Part shown: positions 29,007-37,819 of the stretch, in pieces | Layout of the letters: every line of letters starts with the position of its first letter | How positions within the stretch are numbered: position 1 is the stretch's first letter | DNA from: Terracidiphilus sp. | GTDB lineage: Bacteria; Acidobacteriota; Terriglobia; Terriglobales; Acidobacteriaceae | Length of the DNA: 64,000 bases | Assembly (NCBI GenBank): GCA_050011175.1 | Contig: JBEKJR010000008.1 | Coordinates: 73,610 to 137,609, forward strand | Reading direction: 5' to 3' | Made by a program: the position numbers and the translations under genes | Notes under the pieces: generated by a model | Databases searched by the model: none | What the model saw: the letters and a program-made list of their open reading frames with translations, nothing else | Told to the model about the DNA's origin: nothing

Positions 29007-30331
29007 ACAAATTTTCTCGTTCTTTTCTTCTTCGACAGCAACTCCTTGATTGCTTCAACGCAGCGGTCCGTTGCTCCCGCCTGCTGCTCGAAAACCTGCC
29101 GGGCACGCGCGCCCATGGCTTTGGCAGCCTTGGGGTCTCGGAGCAAACCGATCAGGGTTGCGGCCAGCTCCTCTTTGGCGGCGATGCGAAGGGCCTGGTG
29201 GGCCAGCAAATCCTCGGTAATGGCGCGGAAGTTGGCAAAGTGGGGGCCCATCACGATGGGAACGCCGAACTGCGCCGGTTCAAGCGGGTTGTGTCCTCCG
29301 GCGGGAATCAGGCTGCCGCCGATGAAGGCCACGAGGGCCAGAGAGTAGACCGAGGCCAATTCTCCGATGGTGTCAAGCAGGACGATTGTGCCGGGCTTCA
29401 GCGGCTTGAGGGAGCTATCTGGGGCGGAGAGCCAAACGGAGCGCTTAACCCAGGAAAAGCCGGATTTTTCCAGCAGCGCGGTCACCGCCACGAAACGCTC
29501 CGGATGGCGGGGCGCAAGGACCATCGCCATCTTCGGATTGGCCTGGAGCAGGCGCGGCCAGGCTTCGAGAAGCGCGGCCTCCTCGCCGTAAAGCGTGCTT
29601 CCGGCGACGATAAGGCGCAGATTGCGCGACAACTTCTTTAACTGACGAGTGGCGTCAGTTTCGCTCGCGGAGCGCACGTCAAATTTGAGGTTACCGGCGG
29701 ACGTAACGCGCTTCGGCGGGCAGCCGATGGCTTTGAGGCGAGCTGCGTCTGATTCGCTTTGGGCCAGCACCTGGCTTAACCGGCTGAGGAAAGGCTGCCA
29801 CAACCAGCGCAACCGCCGGTAGCGCGGCCAGGAGCGGTCAGAGATGCGCGCATTGACGACGGCCACGGGGATTTTGCGCCGATAACAGCCGCTGAGCAGA
29901 TTGGGCCAGAACTCGGTTTCTGCCAGTACGAAGAGGCGCGGCTGGAGGGCGTTAAGCCAGGCACGAACCGCCCAAGGCAGATCCAGCGGGCAATAGAAGA
30001 CGCGGTTGGCGCCAAAGCGCTCGCGGGCCAGCGCCTGGCCGGTGCGAGTGGTGGTGGAGAGGACGACAAATGATTTAGGCAGAGCGGCGTCCAGCGTTTT
30101 GACTAGGCGGCTGACGGCCAGAACCTCGCCGACGGAGACGGCATGAATCCAGATGAGAGGGCGTTCACGGTTCAATCCGGCAAGCTGCTTGCGGAGCCGG
30201 GAGGGGATGAGTCCCAGGCGTTCCAGCAGCCCCTGGCGGTACTTTTTTGTAGTGGCCATGCGGAAGAGCCACCAGGGCGCGCCCACGACCAGAACCACGA
30301 GCAAAGCCAGATTGTAGAAAAGCAGGATCAT
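29003..30331 (-). CDS. waaA: Kdo transferase
   Basis: IWIHAVSVGE, ETEFWPNL, GNLKFD, LAPRHPERF and GGHNPLEPA motifs. Confidence 0.96.
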   Translation of the reverse strand: MILLFYNLALLVVLVVGAPWWLFRMATTKKYRQGLLERLGLIPSRLRKQLAGLNRERPLIWIHAVSVGEVLAVSRLVKTLDAALPKSFVVLSTTTRTGQALARERFGANRVFYCPLDLPWAVRAWLNALQPRLFVLAETEFWPNLLSGCYRRKIPVAVVNARISDRSWPRYRRLRWLWQPFLSRLSQVLAQSESDAARLKAIGCPPKRVTSAGNLKFDVRSASETDATRQLKKLSRNLRLIVAGSTLYGEEAALLEAWPRLLQANPKMAMVLAPRHPERFVAVTALLEKSGFSWVKRSVWLSAPDSSLKPLKPGTIVLLDTIGELASVYSLALVAFIGGSLIPAGGHNPLEPAQFGVPIVMGPHFANFRAITEDLLAHQALRIAAKEELAATLIGLLRDPKAAKAMGARARQVFEQQAGATDRCVEAIKELLSKKKRTRKFV

Positions 30332-30407
30332 GAGGTTTGCTATAATCCTATTCCCGGCCCAATTCTCACATGATACAGGCGGGCCTCCAATAATGGAGTC
30401 GAGGACG

Positions 30408-31058
30408 ATGAAGGTTCTGCTTGCTACTCCGCTGCTTCTGCTTTGGCTGGCGCTTCCGGCCCTGGGCAGCGATCACACTCCGCCTCCGGTGCAGCCGGCC
30501 ACATCGTTTGCCGCAGTCGAAGTGCATGAGGACGAGAAGGTGGCTATCGCCGCCGAACCCTACGACACGCGCGAGAAAGAAGCGATTTTTCGCGTCGATT
30601 ATCTCAGCCACGACGTGATGCCCATCCGGCTGATTGTCACCAACAACGGCAACCGGCCGATCAGCCTGCGTGAGGCGCGAATCCTTTTCATTACGGCCGC
30701 CGGTGACAAGATTCAGGTTGCCGAGCCGGAGGACGTGGAGCGGCTGATGACACGCCATGAGCGCGAGGGCCGCAAGATTCCGCTGCCCAGCCCGTTGCCC
30801 AATATCAAGCTCAAGCCCACGGCCAGCATCGGAGAAATCGAAAAAGACTTCGACACCTTCGAGTACAGTGCCGGAACGGTTGAACCACACACCACCCGCG
30901 CGGGTTTCCTGTTCTACGATGTCTCCGGGCTCGATCATCCGCTGGAGGGCGCCAAGCTGCACCTGCGTAAGCTGCGCGATGCCGACGGCAATGAGCTGTT
31001 TTATTTTGAGATTCCCTTCGATAAATACCTCAAGTCGAAGTCCAGCCAGATGAACTGA
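30408..31058 (+). CDS. Secreted hypothetical protein
   Basis: GAGG RBS, signal peptide MKVLLATPLLLLWLALPALG, coding-like codon usage. Confidence 0.75.
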   Translation: MKVLLATPLLLLWLALPALGSDHTPPPVQPATSFAAVEVHEDEKVAIAAEPYDTREKEAIFRVDYLSHDVMPIRLIVTNNGNRPISLREARILFITAAGDKIQVAEPEDVERLMTRHEREGRKIPLPSPLPNIKLKPTASIGEIEKDFDTFEYSAGTVEPHTTRAGFLFYDVSGLDHPLEGAKLHLRKLRDADGNELFYFEIPFDKYLKSKSSQMN

Positions 31059-31085
31059 TGATATTGCATGTGATATACTTCCCTT

Positions 31086-31511
31086 GTGAGGATCGTACTC
31101 GACACCTCCGTCTTAGTTGCCGCTGTTCGCAGCCCAACGGGTGCATCGATGGCGCTGCTCGATACTGCTCTCAGTGGCAGGGTTGAAGTCCTGATTTCGA
31201 CGGCGTTAGTACTTGAGTACGAAGCGGTACTGACTCGCGCCGAACATTTGCGCGTTTCCGAGCTTACACGCGAAGAGGTCAATGGATTACTGGATGCGAT
31301 CTGCCGAAAGGCTACTCAAGTAACCATCCAATGGCAGTGGCGGCCACAATTACACGATCCGGACGATGAAATGGTGCTGGAAATTGCAATCAATGGCTAC
31401 GCGGACGCCATTGTTACATTCAATCGAGCTGACTTTATCCGCGCTACCAGAGAGTTTAATTTAAAAGTGCTCTCACCAAGAGAGGCTCTTGAAAGGGTGG
31501 ATGTTCAATGA
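31086..31511 (+). CDS. PIN-domain toxin, toxin-first order
   Basis: IVLDTSVLVAA, LEYEAVL, DPDDEMVLE and IVTFN motifs. Confidence 0.88.
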   Translation: MRIVLDTSVLVAAVRSPTGASMALLDTALSGRVEVLISTALVLEYEAVLTRAEHLRVSELTREEVNGLLDAICRKATQVTIQWQWRPQLHDPDDEMVLEIAINGYADAIVTFNRADFIRATREFNLKVLSPREALERVDVQ

Positions 31512-31825
31512 ACCGAAGCAACTTTGCGCTGCGTCTACAGCCGTCCTTGATGGAAGCGTCCCGCAAACTAGCGGAGTCGGAGGGGGTGGCGCTCAACCAG
31601 TTGTTCAACGTCGCCGTGGCTCAGATGATCGCATCTCACGGCACATTGGATTACATCGCACAAAGGTCTAAGCGGGCGAACGTACAAGGAGCGCTGGAAA
31701 TCCTGCGCAGGCCCAGAAAGGGCGAACCGCCGCGCGCGGGCGATGAGTTGCCGGAGTCGTGGAAGCGCCGTCGCACCACCGGTAGACAGGAGCCGCGAAC
31801 AAGGGTTGCTACTCGTAGTAAGTAG
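31508..31825 (+). CDS. Putative antitoxin (HicB-like RHH)
   Basis: FALRLQPSL...EGVALNQL; coupled to the PIN gene. Confidence 0.8.
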   Translation: MNRSNFALRLQPSLMEASRKLAESEGVALNQLFNVAVAQMIASHGTLDYIAQRSKRANVQGALEILRRPRKGEPPRAGDELPESWKRRRTTGRQEPRTRVATRSK

Positions 31826-32186
31826 CCGTACAGGTGTCCGTCTCCCAGATGGTTGCTTTCTTTACGCGGACGCGGCCCTGGGTCAGGGCGGCGAGTTGCT
31901 CGCTGGTTTGATCGTAAAAATATTTGGCCAGGTTCTCGGCCGAGGGGTTTAGCTCGTTGAAGGGCGCGAGGTCGTTGAGCATCTGGTGATCGATGCGGTC
32001 GATGACCGGGCGCAACAGATTCTTGAGCAGCTTGAAATCCACGAGCAGGCCGGCGGGGTCCAGCTCCGCCCCCGCCAGGGTGACGCGGACCTTGTAGTTG
32101 TGGCCGTGCGGATTCTCGCACTTGCCCTTGTAGTTGCGGAGGTAGTGTCCGGAGGAGAAACCGGCCTCCACGGTGATTTCAAACAT
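31809..32186 (-). CDS. queD: 6-carboxytetrahydropterin synthase
   Basis: HYLRNYKGKCENPHGHNY, IDHQMLND, SAENLA and WET motifs. Confidence 0.95.
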   Translation of the reverse strand: MFEITVEAGFSSGHYLRNYKGKCENPHGHNYKVRVTLAGAELDPAGLLVDFKLLKNLLRPVIDRIDHQMLNDLAPFNELNPSAENLAKYFYDQTSEQLAALTQGRVRVKKATIWETDTCTATYYE

Positions 32187-32269
32187 GATTGCCTGCTCGA
32201 TTCTGCGCGGGGAAGCGCCCCGGTTTCTATTTTAGTCCGCCGCTTTCGAATTTGCCGGGCGCTCCAGGT

Positions 32270-32435
32270 CCGGGATCCCCGGCGACTCGGGGTCCCCAAC
32301 GACCGGGGCCCCCAGGAAGCGAACTCTGCTTCTTGGGGTGGTAGCGAGCGATTTTTGCTCGTTGGGGGGAGGGAAGCGATCTTTGCTCAGAGGGGTGAGG
32401 GGACAGCTTTCGTCCGTGGGGTGGCCGGGCGAAGG
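32270..32435. repeat. Family B composite repeat, left of the vapBC-like pair
   Basis: About 90 bp nearly identical to 33175-33267. Confidence 0.8.
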
Positions 32436-32469
32436 TGCATTTTCTCCAAACTCCTGCTAGGCTTTATTC

Positions 32470-32703
32470 ATGCAGGTTCTGGTCAACATCCCGGATGAAC
32501 TGGCGGCGCAGCTCCAGGCGCGCGGTCTTGTTCTCGAAGCCTGTCTGCGCGATCTGATGGAAGAGAAGTTCTCCCAGGAGCCGGTTCGAGAGGAGCGGCG
32601 GCGTCAGGCAGTTGAGGCCATGCGCGGCTTTGCCGTGAAGCATGGCGCAACGCTGGGCGGGCTCGACCTCAAGAGCATGGTGCATGAAGGGCACAAATAC
32701 TGA
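32470..32703 (+). CDS. Putative antitoxin
   Basis: 77 aa, MQVLVNIPDEL...; its stop overlaps the PIN start. Confidence 0.75.
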   Translation: MQVLVNIPDELAAQLQARGLVLEACLRDLMEEKFSQEPVREERRRQAVEAMRGFAVKHGATLGGLDLKSMVHEGHKY

Positions 32704-33113
32704 TGCCGTTCGTTCTTGATGCTTCGATGACTATGAGCTGGTGTTTTGCCGATGAAAGCACACCCTACAGTCGCCGGGTGTTAGACTCGCTTCTCGATTC
32801 TTATGCCGAAGTACCCGCGCTGTGGCCTTTCGAGATTGCCAACGTATTGGCCGTCAGCGAGAAGAGGCTGCGGCTCACGAAAGCGGCCTCCGTCGAGTTT
32901 CTGCAAACCCTCTCCGGCCTCGATATTCGCATCGACAGATCATTTCCTGAGTTGGACGGCAAGGTTTTGCTGCCCTTGGTCTGGCGTCATGGCCTGACGG
33001 CCTATGATGCGGCCTATCTGGAATTAGCCAAGCGCAAGGGATTGCCGCTGGCTACCTTCGATAAAGAATTGATCGCTGCCGCCTCGCTCGAAGGAGTCAC
33101 ATTGGTTGGGTAG
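32703..33113 (+). CDS. VapC-like PIN toxin
   Basis: FVLDASM, LWPFEIANVL, LTAYDAAYLELA and LATFD motifs. Confidence 0.9.
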   Translation: MPFVLDASMTMSWCFADESTPYSRRVLDSLLDSYAEVPALWPFEIANVLAVSEKRLRLTKAASVEFLQTLSGLDIRIDRSFPELDGKVLLPLVWRHGLTAYDAAYLELAKRKGLPLATFDKELIAAASLEGVTLVG

Positions 33114-33270
33114 CCCGGGTGCCTGGGTGCCGATCCTTCGCTTTGCCGTGGTCCCCACGGACTCGGGGTCCCCGGCGAGCGATCTTTGCTCGTTGGGGTG
33201 AGGAAAGCGATCTTTGCTCGCACAGGTGAAGGGACAGCTCTTCGTCCGTGGGGTGGCCGGGCGAAGGCTG
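33114..33270. repeat. Family B composite repeat, right of the vapBC-like pair
   Basis: Direct repeat of 32345-32435. Confidence 0.8.
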
Positions 33271-33326
33271 GGAAACTGAGACCCTTCGTTCTCCCCGCCG
33301 AAGGCCGCTGGCCCCATCGCAGGTGG

Positions 33327-33357
33327 CTGACCACTGACCACTGATCACTGACCACTG
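33327..33357. repeat. Heptamer tandem array (CTGACCA) x4
   Basis: ctgacca ctgacca ctgatca ctgacca ctg. Confidence 0.8.
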
Positions 33358-33705
33358 TTCCAATGCAGATTATTACCCCACTTCGTCGCACAATGATTTT
33401 CAGAAGTCTTCCTTCAAATCGTCCCGGAACGTCCTTTTAGCGCCGCCATCCATCCGAAAGCGGCCAGAAGATGGAAAACCGTCCCGTAACTCCTTATCCT
33501 GGACGATTTTGCAGGGAACTCCTTTGTTTTGACGATTTTACAGCGCAACCCTGCCTGTAAACTCAAGAAAACAACGAATTTGCATCCAAAATAGGGGTGG
33601 GGGTACCCGAGGTGCCAGCTTTGCCGGCCTATCAAGACCAATGGACAGCGCTGCCAATCTCTGGCGAGTGGCCCCGCCGAAGGCGTCCGCCTGGACGGCC
33701 AGTCC

Positions 33706-34497
33706 TCATTTTTTGATGCGTTTCTCGGTTGCCTCCACGCTCCAGAAATCCGCCGGCAACTCCTGGTTGTACTTCACGTGAACCAAAAAGTACTGCCGCG
33801 TCATATCGTCGTTTTTGAAGCGCGTGATGGTGAACGCGGTGGGGAATCCGTCCATGGTGTGGTAGTCGTCGTACTCCTCCGCGTCCAGATTTTTGTCCTT
33901 ATAGACCAGGTCGCGCCACTGGAAGGTTCGCCGCAGCGGCAGGTGGGTCTGCACGTCCGTCAGAATCGTGACCGCCTCATTCTCCGCGGAGATCAGCGTC
34001 ACTTGGTCGGCCAGATGCCGCTCGGCCAGGTGCTGTCCCTCGTAAATCAGGATCGTCCGGGGATCTTTGAGCCAAACCTTGACGGCGGTCTCGATGGAAT
34101 GGTCGCGGTGGCGCAGGAAATCGTCCACCTGCTCCTGCGGCAGCGCCGCCTTGCCTTTATACGTCACCTCCGTGCCCGCGCGCCCCACGTAAAACTGCAC
34201 CACGTCGCGGTGCTTGGTGTACTCGATGCGGTCGTGATCGGGCCAGGCATGGTACTCCCAATACTCGGTGGTGCCGCCCGAGGGTTTGCCGTGAAAGAAG
34301 GCGGCAATGCGCCCCTCGCGCATTTGGTTGTTCATGTTGAGCCAGGTCTCGCCGCCCAAAGCCTTCACCATGGCGTCCAGCGCCGCCCGCGCCTGACGAG
34401 CGTTCTTCTGCCCGGCGTCTGCGGTGCTCTGCGGTCGCATAGTGAGCGGCGTAGCCAGCATGATCATGGCTAGCGCCACCCATAAAACTCTGCGCAT
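33706..34497 (-). CDS. Secreted hypothetical protein, possibly LolA/lipoprotein-sorting-like fold
   Basis: Signal peptide and beta-rich C-terminus (EEYDDYHTMDGFPTAFTITRF). Confidence 0.65.
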   Translation of the reverse strand: MRRVLWVALAMIMLATPLTMRPQSTADAGQKNARQARAALDAMVKALGGETWLNMNNQMREGRIAAFFHGKPSGGTTEYWEYHAWPDHDRIEYTKHRDVVQFYVGRAGTEVTYKGKAALPQEQVDDFLRHRDHSIETAVKVWLKDPRTILIYEGQHLAERHLADQVTLISAENEAVTILTDVQTHLPLRRTFQWRDLVYKDKNLDAEEYDDYHTMDGFPTAFTITRFKNDDMTRQYFLVHVKYNQELPADFWSVEATEKRIKK

Positions 34498-34555
34498 CTA
34501 TCTCTCCTCCAACAGGTTGGACGTATTCCGGTGGCCAACGCCTCTTCGGCTCATG

Positions 34556-34990
34556 CTATCTCTGCCAGCCTGGCGTGGCCAACTGCTTCCTGCGTTCTCG
34601 AATCACTCGAGCTCGCTCCTTCTCGGGCAATGCCAGCACCGTCTTGGTTCGTTTGGGCAGCTTTGCGTAGATCAGCGCATGGGCGCGGGCCAGCTCCTCC
34701 TCAATCTCGCGCGGCTTGAGCGCATCCCACCGCTCCAGCGCGACCCAATAGGCTCTGGCCAGGTGCGGCGCGGGGTAGACTCCCTCGTTCTCCAGCAGCT
34801 CGTCGTAGCGCTCGGCCCCGCAGTGGAAGCTGAGGACGGGGGTCTCCATGCCGTCGGCGTTGGTCAAGGCAAACATCTTGCCGCCAATCGCCCGGTCGCC
34901 CACCCAGTAGACCAGAACCTGCCCCCAGTTCAGCGTCTCCGCCGTGTGCGGCAGCGCCAGGCAGATCTCGCGAATGCGCTCGTTGTCCAT
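34556..34990 (-). CDS. MmcQ/YjbR family protein
   Basis: IREICLALP, GGKMFAL and PAPHLARAYWV motifs. Confidence 0.9.
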   Translation of the reverse strand: MDNERIREICLALPHTAETLNWGQVLVYWVGDRAIGGKMFALTNADGMETPVLSFHCGAERYDELLENEGVYPAPHLARAYWVALERWDALKPREIEEELARAHALIYAKLPKRTKTVLALPEKERARVIRERRKQLATPGWQR

Positions 34991-35128
34991 GCGTTTCAGT
35001 GTAGGAGGAAAACCGGCGGCGAGGGAAGACAGAAGCCGTGCAAAACATGACACGTTAATGGAGGAGCGGCGTACACCCTCCCAATGCTTGATTGCGTCAA
35101 GGTTGAAACCAAATCACACTACAGCCTG

Positions 35129-37588
35129 CTAAGCGACTTTTGGTCGTAACGCCAGCAGGACGAAGCTCGTAGGGATCACCAGGAAATAGCATGCAGCAGA
35201 GATCAGCATGGTCACATTGATGCCAAACGACATGCTGAAGATCACGCCCAGTACAGAGGCCAGAACGCCGGTAGCGCCGTTGATACCCCAAAACCAAGGT
35301 GTTGGCTGAGTGTTGATCGCTGATACCAGCCGCATCCCCGTGGGGAAGGCGAAGCCGAGCAGAAAGCCCAGCGGCATGATTGCCGCCAGCGATATGACGA
35401 TGCGCACCAGCCGTTCCCGATTCGTCGTGACTTGAAAGATCGACGGCAAAACCCATTGCATGACCACGAGGTAGGCCCCGACTATACTGCCCCACACTAG
35501 CAGTTTTCCTCGCCTGTTCAGCTTGAGCCAATCCGAGGTGAGGCTGCCCAAACCGGAGGCCAGAATCAGGCTGAACAGGCACACGCCCAAGGAGTAGATA
35601 GGGTGGCCCAGATACACGCTGAAATACTGCAGCAGCGCAATCTCGGCTAACATGAAGCCCATCCCGATGAAAGAAAAATACAGACTGCCGGCTATAGCCA
35701 GGGACCGCGGACACTCGCGCGCCGCGCTGCGCAGAGGCACCAGGATTGTCAGGATCACCGCGACAATCGAGATGAGCAGAATCATCAGCAGCACGACGGA
35801 GGCAAGCAGATTGCCCACACTGGAGCCACTTGTAACCTGTCCGGTCACCCTGCGTTGCACGACGGTTATGAGGCTCGGGATATCGAAGATACGCAGTTGG
35901 TTGAAGAAAAACGGTCGGGAGTCGGTCGGCACGGAGAGATCTAGGTAGGTAGAACCCAGTACGCGATTCAAGGAGGCTAGGTCCTGACTCTCGATGATCT
36001 GGCGCAGTAGTTTGGAATCCGGAGGACGGTCCGGCGATAATAGTACGGTGAATCCGCCGTTTCGCACCGCGTCATGCAGTGCGCGCAACTGTTCCTCTGA
36101 AAAAGGCGTCTTGGACAGCACCATGGTGGCAATGTTGCCGGCGCTCGCGACGAACAGATGCGGGCGGGCGTCTTTGACGCCGATATCCAGCAAAGCGGCC
36201 GTCGCCAAACCGATCATGCGTCCAGTCTCGTTGACGTCGCTAGGGCTGTACCAACGGCTCACTGTGAAGATGCCATTGCCGTTGAGGGTCTTGAGAAAGG
36301 CCCGCCAACCCTCCAGAGTGTAGAGACCGTTCTCGCTCAGGCTAAACGCGCCTGCGCCGGTTGCCGCCCAGGTGTCGATCATGCTCATCTGCACAAGATC
36401 GAACTTTTCGTTCGTGGCTGCAAACCAGCTGCGAGCATCGTCCACGTGCAGCTTCAGATTCGGCAGAGCCGTCAGATTGGAAAAGTTCTTGTAAAAAGGG
36501 TTGCGCGTGTGCAGATCGATGAAGATAGGATTCAGCTCCACGCCGGTGATGTCTGTTACTCCAAACAGATGAGCCGACAAAACGTCGCGGCCGCCGCCGA
36601 CGCCGATCACCGCGGATTTGTGGATGCCAGGAAGGTGATAGGCCAGGTTGACCAGATCGTACTGGAGAAAGGCAATAGAGTTGCGCGTATCATCGTAGTG
36701 GAACATGAAGGTGCCGGCGTCGCCATCGATATTCATCAGAGACTCGGGAACGCGTATGTCCGCAGGTAGCTTGGGAGACGGGCCCCACATGGTAGGGGGT
36801 TCCGTGATGGGTCGCCCCGCTCTGATACGGGAATAGGAGTTCCACCTCTCGTAATGGCCATATCTGCCCGAACTATCGATAGAATTCTTGACCAGGATTG
36901 GCCTGAAACCTAAAGGCGATAGCGCATTGAATAGAGCTAACGCCAGCAATGCGACCACCACCGTCGCCGGCTGTCGCCACCTGGGCTTTGACTTGAGGCG
37001 CTGCCGGTCTTCGACACCGGCGCTGGCGGCAAAGGCCAGCGAGGACAGGCCGGAAATGGCGCCGGCCACGATGACTGCGGTCGGACCGTCCAGAACATTC
37101 AGCAAACCAAGTACCGCTATACATCCCAGTGCCGCGCCGAGAAGGTCCACGCCGTAAACCTGTCCAGTACGGAACGGACTGCGCGTCAGCGCCAGACTCA
37201 CCACCACCCCAGCGAATACATACGGAACGGCCATGACAGTCAACAGCAAAGCCCACGCGACCACCGTGGTGAGCGATAACGCAGGTGCAGTGACAAGGCA
37301 AAACTGCAACACGATGGATCCGGGCATGGCCAGCGAAGTAAGGAGCGCGAAGTTGGACAGGGTAACGGGCAGTTGTGCGGGCTGGAAGCGCTCACGCCAA
37401 AGATAGACCCAGACGGCGCCAACGGTCATGCCCAGCATGGCTACGCTGATCGCAAAGAAGGCCAGGTAATACCAGGCGATCACCGACATGATGCGGGTCT
37501 GCAGGATTTGAAATAGTAGCGAGGAGAAGGTGATTAGAAAAACACCGGAGAGAAACGGAGTCTTACGCAAGCCGCCCGTGTATTCCAT
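35129..37588 (-). CDS. Large multi-TM protein with a spermidine-synthase-like SAM-dependent domain
   Basis: N- and C-terminal TM bundles; central VIGVGGGRD, VELNP and DDARS motifs. Confidence 0.8.
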   Translation of the reverse strand: MEYTGGLRKTPFLSGVFLITFSSLLFQILQTRIMSVIAWYYLAFFAISVAMLGMTVGAVWVYLWRERFQPAQLPVTLSNFALLTSLAMPGSIVLQFCLVTAPALSLTTVVAWALLLTVMAVPYVFAGVVVSLALTRSPFRTGQVYGVDLLGAALGCIAVLGLLNVLDGPTAVIVAGAISGLSSLAFAASAGVEDRQRLKSKPRWRQPATVVVALLALALFNALSPLGFRPILVKNSIDSSGRYGHYERWNSYSRIRAGRPITEPPTMWGPSPKLPADIRVPESLMNIDGDAGTFMFHYDDTRNSIAFLQYDLVNLAYHLPGIHKSAVIGVGGGRDVLSAHLFGVTDITGVELNPIFIDLHTRNPFYKNFSNLTALPNLKLHVDDARSWFAATNEKFDLVQMSMIDTWAATGAGAFSLSENGLYTLEGWRAFLKTLNGNGIFTVSRWYSPSDVNETGRMIGLATAALLDIGVKDARPHLFVASAGNIATMVLSKTPFSEEQLRALHDAVRNGGFTVLLSPDRPPDSKLLRQIIESQDLASLNRVLGSTYLDLSVPTDSRPFFFNQLRIFDIPSLITVVQRRVTGQVTSGSSVGNLLASVVLLMILLISIVAVILTILVPLRSAARECPRSLAIAGSLYFSFIGMGFMLAEIALLQYFSVYLGHPIYSLGVCLFSLILASGLGSLTSDWLKLNRRGKLLVWGSIVGAYLVVMQWVLPSIFQVTTNRERLVRIVISLAAIMPLGFLLGFAFPTGMRLVSAINTQPTPWFWGINGATGVLASVLGVIFSMSFGINVTMLISAACYFLVIPTSFVLLALRPKVA

Positions 37589-37748
37589 TGAATAGGAACC
37601 TCCTCTGAACTCAGATGTGGGCTCATTATAGCCGTCTGACCGTGCCCATTCAGCGCGTATTTTCCTTCGAGAGAATGCTGAAGGCTCACCGTCGCCGGAA
37701 GAATCTCTTCCGCATCCACCCACTGGGCAGGGTTAATCGCCGGGCGCC

Positions 37749-37800
37749 CCAGAGCCTGCCCTGAGCTTGCCGAAGGGGATCTCGCTTCCAAGACCTGGAT
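37749..37800. repeat. REP-like element (family D)
   Basis: gagcctgccctgagcttgccgaaggg motif; single copy in the window. Confidence 0.4.
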
Positions 37801-37819
37801 TTTCATCTCGACTCAGAGG

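Noticed and set aside
32187-32270. preQ1 riboswitch upstream of queD
   Set aside because: No recognisable aptamer or A-rich tail pattern
33488-33560. 29-bp repeats considered as a CRISPR array
   Set aside because: Only two to three degenerate abutting units, no unique spacers and no cas genes
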